Origin: Rhynchobatus australiae
Taxonomy: Eukaryota
Assembly: GCA_034780895.1 (NCBI GenBank)
Contig: JAUZTB010000118.1
Location: 49,426,348-49,490,347, forward strand
Length of the DNA stretch: 64,000 nucleotides
Direction: 5' to 3'
Positions 13,201 to 25,200 of the stretch are shown piece after piece; positions within the stretch are counted from its first letter, which is position 1; each line of letters begins with the position of its first letter. The notes beneath the pieces were generated by a model. The model searched no databases. It was not told the DNA's origin and worked only from the letters and a program-made list of their open reading frames with translations. Position numbers and translations under genes: made by a program.

Positions 13201-16200
13201 AGGTTTGCTTTGCTTTAATGGGCTTTTGACTTCTAACACCTGTTGTAATAGAGGCGTAAATACTTCAGCCACAGGCATCCTCAGTGCTCTTGCTTTTGGC
13301 TGCACTCAGGCTCAATAAAAATAGCTACACTTCGTGGAAAAAAATGTGCTGATTTTGATAAGTTCTCCACCTCTCCAAGCTGCATGTCACTTTTTCCAAT
13401 TTTACCATCCCTGGCTTAAGTGATGGGCCAGTCATCTCTGGCTCTTCCTACATCTTCCATCTGTGCCACTTGCCAGACCCTCTGCCATCTTATACCCAGA
13501 GTCAACACTCCCCTTTTGCAGAAATGGGCCCTTTAATCACTGTGCAGCAGTCCACCTGCTTGCTTGGCTACAATAGGCTTGCACAAGAATGGATAGATTG
13601 AGTCACTGCTTTGGTCTTTGGATCGTTGGTGAAAGACTTTTGTTAATAATTAGAAAAGCATGCAGTTGCATCAAAATTTGAGGTAGAAGCTATAATTTAT
13701 CTTGGAGAATTTCTTTTGTGGGCTTTCACGTGAGTCTCAGGTTCAGAAAAGTTGTTGTATGCACGTGCTACATTAGTATTCATTGCTTACCATTAAAACG
13801 GTCCTCAATTGATCATGGAGACTCCATGCAGGCAAAAGATCTGGTGCTAATTTCTGATTTTAATAGCAAGTTCATTTCATTTTCTAATTAGAAGCATTGA
13901 GAGAGGATGGTACATTTCAGAATAAATATGGTTCCTGTATTTACTTCAAGCTTATTCCTGGTTTGAAAATGTTTGATTATATAAACTGTATTCATGTTCA
14001 CAGGAGAATGTCATGGCCACCTCAATTGGTTTTTTTCTGTCCAAGGGAGAGATTGCTTTTGTATCTACACCCTTTGGTGATGATGGCTATCCAAAAACAA
14101 AATTTTCAGTTGACCATGATTATAAAGCACAGATTATACAAATGCCACAGAAGTAGGTAATCCTATCTCAGCACCGACATCTTTTAAGAGGCACAGGTCA
14201 TTCAGCTATTTTCCTCTTGATCACACAGAACTTCAATTGAAAAGTTGAAGTTTTGAAAGACAAAACATTTGGCCGCCACCACTCTTGGACATACATCTGA
14301 GTAGTTAAAAAAAATACTGGGGAACGCTGGTTGAAACATTTTCTCCATTAATTACTAACTCAGTAACATTACCCATGAGAAATCTTATTTTCCAGTTTTG
14401 AAAAGGCTTGTATAGAGATAGATCCACTGAAGCAGCTGGTAGTATCCCCAACAAAAGGATGGAAAAAAAATCGAAGTATATTTTTATTTATTGAAGTAAA
14501 TACCAGAATTGCAACACTGCTCTCAAAACATGTGACTGCAACACGTCTATTTAATGCAACACAACATTTAGAGGTCATAATTCTCTGCAATGCTGTTTGA
14601 AACATTCATGTTTAACTTTTTTGTGCACTTAACACCTTCTCCAATAGGCTACATTGCAATAATTTTGCTGAGTGCTAAAAAAAAGACAACATTCTCATGG
14701 TCTAAGCTTAATGGGCAAGTTAACAAGTTTTTTTTTTCCTCCTGAAGTGCAAAAGATAGATTTTTGAAATGAATCAAACTTAAGTTCAGCAGGTTCCAGC
14801 GAAGGCTTATGTAATTTCTTATGCAAGGACAACTTGCCCTTTCCTGAAATTTACTTTCCATTGTGTTAACCCATATTTACAAATGTAAGGTTCATCTCTG
14901 AAGTCCTGTATTTAGTGTTAAATGGTGCAACAAAATAATGACACTTTAGTATACCAAAGTTAAATGCTGGGGAGGGGATGAGGGGCAGAATGGGAAGAGC
15001 AAAGGAAACCATTGAGGCAGGGCCCACTAAGAGGAAGCCATGGGAAGGGAGTCAAAGAAAAAAGTGGGGTGAAGAGAAAAGTTTGATGGTACACTGTGTT
15101 CCAGGAAAATTTTACATACAAGACATCTGAAAATATACTTTATAATTTAATGAATATGGAAGGTATATTTTATACATTTGAAAAACATTAACAGACTTGA
15201 TATCTAGGTTCAGCTTTCTGGGTGTTCCGGTTTGTTACACAGCTTCATGCCATACCTGGTTATTGCTGTTGCTGGCTTTTAGTATTGGAGCTGCTTCATT
15301 TCTGGGTGGGGTAGAGCTGCCACTGTTCTCACTATCACTTCCATCACTCAAACTCATTCTGGAATAACAATTAAAAACAAAAAAAAATTGAGACAAACAC
15401 CCAGGGATAAACTGGGAGCAAGAATGAATTTAAGTCCTTATGGTACATTCTCATGTTGATGGGACTGTTACAGAGTCTATTCAGCTTAAGCATACACCGT
15501 TAAGTTGTTTTTTTTAAAAGGCTGATTCATCATAATATTTTTCTCCACCTGATATTACATAAATAAACAATTTGCCCTCTTGATCAGAAATCTTGTCCCT
15601 CATTCATTTTGAGGCCAAAACATTTCTTGGAGTTTTTTTTTGCGATACCCCTGGGGGAATGCACTTTATCAAATGTGCTGAAATTTTGTTTTGCAACTTA
15701 TTAATGTGCAATGAGACTACTTAGTGGTGTACAAATATCATGCAAGCAGGCTGTCTCTTCAACCTTCATTCCATCAGGGGAACAAATTGCTTTAATTCTC
15801 CACTACTATTATTGACATCCCAGGTTCAGGTCTTACAGCCACAGCAGATGTATTACCATAGATTTAAAAAACCCTTTGGTCTTGCTTTCAATTAATGGTG
15901 CAAATAGTATTTAAATTATCAATATAGGAGGGGTAGCTTCGTATAAGTGGAAGGAAGGCAGCAAGTAGTGTATACATGCACAATTTGGTAACCTGTTAAG
16001 CAAAACTAAAAACTCTGCATTTGTAACAAATATCCAAATACAGCATCATGAAAGTTACTAGCTTTCATACAAATCTGAAGAATAGGAATTATTCANNNNN
16101 NNNNNTCTGGTGGGACATTTGGCAGCAGTTCTGATGTTATAACCAAAATGAAAAGCAAAGGCACTTAATGCTTTAGAGTAAGCACAGCAGGATATCATGA

Positions 16201-19200
16201 ATTTTAATAACAATACCAGTCAAATAACATTCATAGCAATTTTATTATGAAAAGCTACAGAAGCACATCATGTTTCAGCCCTTTGAGTTTCCTACTTTCA
16301 AGCACCTCATCTGGTTTCTACTGGAATCTTCCATTCAGATAAACAAAGCAAAATCTGCACAGCTTGCTGCCTGAACACTGTGGTTATTCCACAGATCTTG
16401 AACGGACAGAAATGCACTAATGATCCTCTTAAAAGCAGAGGCAAAAATGGAGCCACTTAGGGTTTTCAAAAGCTAATTGGATAGGTGATAAATTTAAGGT
16501 CTATGGGGAAAGTGCAGGGTGAACTAAGCTGACTGGAGTGCAAGAGTCTATTGCTCAGTGGGCTGAATGGCCCTCTTTCATGCAATAGTTTTGCAATTCC
16601 AAGTGACAGGTCCTCAGTAAACAATGCAAGTAATGCAAGTCATCTGCAATTGATATTTAGTACAAAAGACCACGATTATATAACTGATAAGGAAAAAGTA
16701 CTTTTAATTCATCTTTCCAAACGTTAGGAAAGTTTGGCTGCTTTAAGCCTGGAATTCAAATTACCTCACACAACAAAAGGGAAAAAGCATTTACAGCAAA
16801 TGTCAAACTAGAAATTCAGATGGAGTTTTCCATGCAATAGATCCTAATTCCAATAAAATCCACTGAAACCAGCAGTAGTTGGTCCTAAAACCTAGCTTCT
16901 GATTATTTCCTTTAGAAATTCTATACAATGGATCTGTCATTGTTTCAGAATGCAAATACAGTAGAATGCATGTACAGTCATCTGAAACACTGCCATAGCA
17001 TTTTATCCAACAAACTGTATTTAAGAGCACAAAAAGTTACTATACAGCCCATGGAACCAGACTGATAAGCAGAGTACCAAATACATCCCTCTGCTCAAAA
17101 GGAGCTATATAACTTTGTTCACCATCCTCAACCACAGACTGAACCAAAACAAATCAGTCTCAGACTCACATTTAAGGAAAATGGCGATCAGGTCTAAATG
17201 TGGATTTAAGCTATAGGTTTATCATACTCCAGTGACTGGGGAGCCTCAATGGATCATAACTGGCAGTAAAATACAAGTCACTGCAGTACCACAAGTATTC
17301 AACATTTGAGCAACACGGAGGTTACACAATTAGTTTGGCAAAATGAAAACATTTTAGTAAACCAAGTTTAAAATGTACTTTTCTCAGTAATTTATAAACA
17401 GCACAGAAAGGTGCATAAAACACAATTTAGGCTTTCAGGAAAGCCTGATGGTAGCACTGTTACATTACAGCTCCAATGACTCAGATTCAATCTTGACCTG
17501 TACTCTGAAGTTTGTACATTCTCCCCATGATTACATGGGTTTTCTCTGGGCGAACACAGAACCTTTTGGCCCACAATGCCTGCGCTGACCATGACAATCC
17601 AAACTGATCCCATCTGTCTGTACATGGTCCACATTGCTCTATTCCCTGCCTATTCATCTATCCAAATGCCTCTCCAACCTCACCTGAAGAGCCAAGATGC
17701 TCCAATCCAGGCAACATCCTGGTGAATTTCTACACCTTGACCAATGAAGGCAAGCAATGTTTCCAAGGGTCTTGCCATTTACTGCATACTTTCCTTTTGC
17801 ATTTGACCCCCCCAAAATATATCACTTCACAATTTCTGGTTTAAACCCCAAAACTCAATCTGCCATTCATCCATCTAAATTTTCAACCAATATACATCCT
17901 GCTTTATCCTTTGACAACATTCCTTGCTATCCACAACTCCAGTTTTCATCTCATCTGAAAATTAACACATCAGACCACCAACATTTTCAACCAAATCTTT
18001 AATACATACTACAGAGGTCCCAGCGCTGATCCTTGCCAAACACCACTGGTCACAGGCATCCAACTAGAGAAATGCCTCTCTACCACTACCGTCTATGACC
18101 AAGCCAGGTTTGTATCCAACTTCCCAATTCACCATAGATCCATGTGCTTTAATCTTTGGGACCACCCTACCATGAGAGACCTTCTCAAATGCTTTACTCA
18201 AGTCCACGTAGCCAATATTAACTAGTCCAAACTCATTCTTTGTTACTTCTTCAAAAATCTCCATTAAATTTGAGAGATGGGACCTCCCCTGCATAAAGCC
18301 ATGCTGTCTATCCCTAATAAGTTCATGCTTTTCCCAGATGTGAATAAATCCTATCCCTAACCTTCTCCAATAATTTCCCTGTGAATGATGCAAGGCTCAC
18401 TGGTCTATAGTTNNNNNNNNNNTGATGAGACATTGTATCCTCTTCTGCCATGGACAAGGTTCCAGAAGGCTGGAGAGTAACCAGAGATCTCTGTCAAAGC
18501 CCCAGCAATCTCTGCCCTTGCTTCCCTGGGGACTTATCCACCTCAAATATCTATAGAGACATTCAATATCCCCTCTTCCTTAATACTGACATGTCCTAAT
18601 ATCAACATACCTCTCCCAGTCTCACCATCATCCACGTCCTTCTCCTTGAAGACCAATGCAAATTAATCATCGAGGACCTTGTCCACTTCCTCTGGTTCCA
18701 TATAAATTCCCTCCTTTGTCCTGAGTGGAGCTACCCTTTAGCAAGCTAACCCACTTTCTCCTAATATACGCAAAATCTGCTTCAAGATTCCTCCCACTTC
18801 CAAAAGACATGCTGGTTAGCAGATTAATTGGCTACTGTGTCCTCAAGTGGAGGAGGGGAGGCCAATGTGCACGAGCACGAAGGAGAGTGAGAATAGGTTG
18901 CACTAATTGGGGGAATAGCTTTGATGGGATTGCTTCAGAAGCCAGCATCTATTTGATGGAATGAATGCCCTCTTTCTACATTTTAAGAAAACAGACATTG
19001 ATGAATTAAAGTTTCACAATCTCTTAATTTTCCCATTGCTATACTACCTGTGTCCTCTGCTTCCACAGTGAGTATTTAGTGATATCTCTACATCAGACAT
19101 GTTCCCATTCTCATCTTCATCTGATTCATTGTCTTCAGAATGGAGATCTTCCATTATAGATCTCAGAGGACCTGTTTAAAAGATAAATGAAAAAGAACTT

Positions 19201-22200
19201 TACAACTAGACTTTGAATGAGATACTGACAAATAGATTTCAATTCCAATCTTTCCTCACTCCAACTTGAAATAATTTGTTCCATCAAAATATATCGANNN
19301 NNNNNNNNNNNNNNNNNNNNNNNNNNNNNNNNNNNNNNNNNNNNNNNNNNNNNNNNNNNNNNNNNNNNNNNNNNNNNNNNNNNNNNNNNNNNNNNNNCCT
19401 CAACATTTACATGTTGAAGAGGTTACTTCAATATATTTTGATGGAACAAAATTGACATTTTACTTTGGAAAATGTTGGTATAATGAATCCAGTACTCTCA
19501 TAATTACACATGTGCATCTCCTCTGGAGATCAGCCTTTAGAGACTAAGAGCTGAGACCCTAGTTACTTTGTCTTCCCTTCACCATGATGAAAATTCACAG
19601 ATAAAGTGCACAATATCAACAAAGGTTTGCTAATTCAACACCAAGAGGCAGCAGAAGAGAGTTTTTTTTAAAATGACTTTGCACAGCACTTGGCAATACT
19701 TTACTAGGGAAGCCAGGAGACTGGAAAAAAAATGAATCTAAAACAGTTTTTTGTGCACTACATTAATCACTTGGTCACAAATCGAACTCCTATCTTATAC
19801 CAGTTGTTCCTTCTGGATCAAATTTAAAGGCTCAGCAATTAACCTAGAGGCAATCCTAGGTATAGGTTAGGGTCCACGACATAATTATTAGGTCATTTCA
19901 CATGCATTCACTGCACTTTGTGCAACTAGAATCCATCATTAATTTCAGTGCCAAAAGGTAAANNNNNNNNNNNNNNNNNNNNNNNNNNNNNNNNNNNNNN
20001 NNNNNNNNNNNNNNNNNNNNNNNNNNNNNNNNNNNNNNNNNNNNNNNNNNNNNNNNNNNNNNTTGTTTGGCTTATTACCTCATTAGCAAGCAGTAGCAGT
20101 TGATGATTGGCAGGTCAGATTTGTAATCCACAGGCCCACATCATGGCATGCATAATAAACTCAATTTAGTTACCAGTGTTCCGAATTGAATGCAAGTGCT
20201 GGATATTTTCTTAGTACACAGTGTAGGCAGGCATTCATTTGTTACTGAAACCCCAAATGTTGTTTGAAACATTGTTAGACTTCAGTTTTCAGAGAGAACT
20301 ACCTTATGACAACCTGGTCAACATTCAACCAAAATATTACTTGGTCCACCAGCAGTAAGTGAGAAATGAACTTGCTATGTGCAAATATCACATTGACTGA
20401 ATTCATCTAGTTAAAGTAGGGGAGATCATCATTTGTGCTATCTGCTGTGTCTGCACTTCATTTTCTCCTCCCAATAATTGGATTCCCATTAATTTGTAAT
20501 TGCCTTATGATGGTTCCCTTGGAATCTGATTCCTCCAAACTTTCAGGAAGTCCATCTCACACCAGACTAGCTCTCAGTGGGAAAACATTTTCTTAATTTC
20601 CCCTTTAGTTCCTTTGCTAATCATTTTAAATACATGGAAGCTGGTTATCAAGCAACTGACCACAGGAAATAGTTCCTCCATAACTGCTCTGTCAAAAACC
20701 CACAAGTTTGAAGACTATTTGCTCTGCCTTTACTTCTCCTGCCCCAAAAACAAACCAGCTTCTTCAATATATAGAAGAAATATCTTCCACTGCTGGTATA
20801 ATCCTGGTTACAACATTTGTTCCCATTCTGGGATCATTGTACCTGGTCATGATCTGGTGCATAGAAAGCAATACTGAAGCTGCAGTTGGGAATGACCTAA
20901 ACCTGACAGAAAAGGTGAGGGAAATTGGAGCCAAGAATGTACAGATCAAAGTGTGGAAGATACCTATCAGGTTGGTAAGAATAACAAAAGGCATAGAGAA
21001 GCACAAGTCGATGAATGCAAATTCAGAGTAAGATGGAAAAATTAAGACACTAAAATTAAGGCACTAAAAACAAGATGCTTGAAATGGAGACTTGTAATAG
21101 GAATGAGAGAGAGACATGGGTACACTGGCAGGGGTGAAGGTGGTGGGAGAAGAGTGAGAATTAGCTAATGTGGCTGGACATCTATAATGTGAAACAGTTA
21201 AAAGTTGACGTCAAGACCTTGCCTCCTCTTCCTAAAAACATTCACATCTCTGCACATCACAATTTAAAGCACAAGCATTCAGGGTAAAACAAACATTAGG
21301 CAAAGGACTGCTGAATAGCATCCCCTTAGAAGCTCTACTGGTTTCTAGATTTCTTTGAATGTTTGAAAAGCAAAAATTGGCTGTTGGATCAGGTCATAAG
21401 AGTTCAACAAAATGTGNNNNNNNNNNNNNNNNNNNNNNNNNNNNNNNNNNNNNNNNNNNNNNNNNNNNNNNNNNNNNNNNNNNNNNNNNNNNNNNGAAGA
21501 TACAGCAGAGAGGGGGGTCAGAAATTCTGGTAGGCTGACCAAGACCAAGTATTGCAGAACAATTTAATGTAGTCAATTGGATTCATAGTTACACCCAGAA
21601 TATGTAATATGCTGATTAGGTCACAGAAGTTTGGGAATCATTGAAGAGGATGACTGGACTAATTTCTTGCATTGGAGGGCCAGATTGAGGGTGGGGGAGC
21701 TAGAGAGAACTTGGAGACAGCTGAAGTCTTATCCTTGCAAAGAAGTTAACAGATGTTTAAAAAAAGTTACACAAGATGGAAAATATGGAGATTAAAATAT
21801 GTATGGATACCACTTCAAATCTTTACCTTGTCTATTGTTTTGAGATGGTGTAAAACTTGAACTGGAACTAGAACCAGCAGGACTTGGCTGTTGAGACTTA
21901 AAGGAAAAACATAAGAGGAAAACAGTCAGTATTGTTGCAGTAGACCAAATGTGCAATCAAATAGTTCTTCAACTGCTGGCAATATTGACTCATGCATTTG
22001 GAAAATGTAATCAAAACAGAATTAGAAGTTAATATCAGTTCATTTCTTAAAATGAGATGTGGAGCAACAGGGATGTTTCAAGCTGCAGAGTACGACTAAA
22101 ATCAAATTGTCAATACAGATTACTATTTGGTTGTATCCAGAAATTAGAGCGGTTTTACCCTGTAGTAATGGGTAATATTCCAAATTGAAACCATCTGTCT

Positions 22201-25200
22201 TTACTTGAAATATTAGTTTTTTTTAAATTGTACATACGTCCAGAATTTCTTATTTCAGATCTTTTCCCCCCACTGTTTAATGGTGGTTTTACTTTTCAAT
22301 TTCTGCAAACTTCTCCCCAGCACTGAGTAATTGTCATCAAAACCCCCAAGTTAAAATTGAAGACACTGAACCAGTTTGGTTACTCAACATATTCATCTGT
22401 GTGTTCATGGAGGCAATTTCATAACAGGCACATTGCAATGTGCCAGCAGAACACTGGACAACAGAAGGTTCACAGCAAAACACTGGAAAATATGGACCAC
22501 TTCCCACAATTAGAAAGCTACCCCCCAGTGTAGTCAAACATGAGATTCATGATAATCTGGGGTCGATTGAGGAAAGGGGTCTTTGAAGATCAAAACTTCA
22601 GACATGGCACACAGCTACCATAATGATCTGTGCTCATCCATGCTTCCGAGATCAGTAATACCTACAACAGTTATTTTAAGGCATTGCAAAGATACCAATG
22701 CTGTTGCCACGAAACCTTCCAAATTCACTGGAAAGAGAAATGAAACAACGTCAGTGTCCTCTCCCCGGCCAACATCCCCAGTATTGAGGCCATAGTTTCA
22801 CTGTCAGCCATGTTAGGCAGAGCATGTCATTTGCATGCCTGACTCCCATGAGATCAAAGCAGTCTCTCTCTTATGGGAAGGTATTACCAGGTGGATAAAG
22901 GAACATACAATTTCCATACTCAAATCCAGAATAGAAAAATGCAACATCTTTATTGCAACAAGAGCATGTCATTTGCATGCCTGACTCCTAGAACCTCTGG
23001 CCAATGACTGCTCAAAGTGGAGGCAGCTGCCTCAGGAACACATTGGGAACCTTGAACCATGCATCGGGGCACACAGAAGCCCTGCATGGGCAATGGATGG
23101 AGTGGACTATTTTACAGACTACCCAACACCAGCTTGAAATGTCAATGAGCTCCCACATTGGCCTTATCAGCCACCTTAGAAATCAGAACCCGGAGTGGAA
23201 AAAAAAGTCATCCTCAATCCTAAGGGACTGCCCAAACAGAAGACAAGGCTAACTATTGAGAGTCCAAGTCCAACCCGTGGAATACCATTGTCAGGCCTGG
23301 TTCACTAAGCAGCGAGTCTCCCTGCCTGCCCTCAGCCTACCAGTTCTTACCTGCAGTGCAACTTGGACTCAAAGCCAGCTCCCAATTAGCAAGGACCTGT
23401 GCAATGCAGGACTTTCCCACCAAATGTACAAGCCCTAGTCCTAGAAGTGCTTCAGTCAGTTAAGCCACATCTCCATTTAGTTGACAAGAGAAAGTGATGC
23501 TTCAAACAATCAAATATTTAAAAAAATCCAAAGCAAAAAAAAATTAAGAGTAAAACACAAACACTAGAAAACATTGTAAACAACTGAATACGTTCAAACT
23601 TAATTCTTATGAACCAGGACCTGGAGCAGACCAATCAGCTCCTTTAATTACTTCACCATTTAACAATAATCATGGCTGATCCAACTCACTTTCCCACCTC
23701 TCCCTGGTAACCTTTCATCCCTTTGCCTGTCAATAGCCTACCCACCTCCACTCATACATTCAAATACATGGCTTCCACCATCCTCTGGAAGGGAGTTCCA
23801 GACACCCACAGCTCTTTGAAAGCAAAAAAAATCGTACTTCATCTGCCTTAAATGGATGACCCCTAAAAACAGTGATCCCTATTTTTACAATCTCCCACAA
23901 GAGGAAATGTCCTCATCACATCCACCCTAGCAAGACTCAAGATCTTCTATGTTTCAATCGAGTCCCCTCTCACTCTTCTGAACTGCAGCAGATACAAACC
24001 TAGGCTGCCCAACTTTTCCTCAAGGCAGCCTATCCATCCCATGCATTAGTTGAGTAAATCTTATCTGAACTGCTTCCACTGGATAGCATCTTTTCTTAAA
24101 TAAGATCAATACTGTACACAGTACTCCAGATATGACCTTACTAATTGCCCTACAAAGCACAACCTCCCTACATCTGCATTTAATTTCTCCATCAGTGGAC
24201 AATGACATTCTATTAGCTTTCCTAATTACTTACTGTACCCAAATACTACACTTTTGCAATCTCATTATTTTTGCAATTTCTCATTATTTAGACAACACAC
24301 TTTTTTCTAGCCAAGATGGATAATTTCACATTCTTCCACATTGGGTGAAAAGTGACACAGCGAGTGACCTCAGTTCATTCCCAACCTCTGCCGCAGGAAT
24401 TCACACGCGACCTGGCAAATTTCCTCCAGATGCTCAAGTTTCCTCTCACATCCCAAAAGTGTGCGGGATGGTTTCCCAGCTGTTGGAAAACTGCAGTAAA
24501 CAGGTGCTCTGCTGCTGAGGGACTCAGACACTGGAGCAAGGATAGAACGATATAGGAGAGGATGTCAGGAATTTCAGGATTTTGGCATTTGAATGTGCAG
24601 CACTAAGTAGTGACTAAATTGTCAATCTCATCCTTACCATACAAAAAGTTGTTGTTTTACACTGAGAAGCATATAATTTGTCCAAAAGGTCAAATGGCAC
24701 GTTAAAGCTTCTGATGCACACGAGGCACCACATAAAGTTGATATTTAAAAAGGCCTTCATTTGAATAAACCCAAAAATTCTATGCATGAAGGACAACTTT
24801 TGTTCTCCTGACCTTTATTGAAAGTAGTTTCTTGACATGGCCTGTGCATCACTAGATCCAGTCTCACAGATATTTCTTTATTGCATCCAGTACCAATTAA
24901 TTCTTAATAGTTTCACGTTATCATGCACACAAAAAAAGTTAAGCAGTTTCTGTTCCAAGATGTAGTAAGTTACTCCACGAATAAATGAAACACAACAGAA
25001 GTGCAACTTTAGTGTCACTTAAACCAAGCTTTGAAAAAAAACTTACACACAAGAGTATTGGATGATCTCAACAGTTGCTTCTGGCCATAAATCCCAATTG
25101 TACTATCCTAATGAGCTGAATGATTTATATGCTGTTATTGTAACCCTCTCTCCCAACCACCCCCCCCCCACCCACTTCACACAGAAATGTCCTGCTAATT

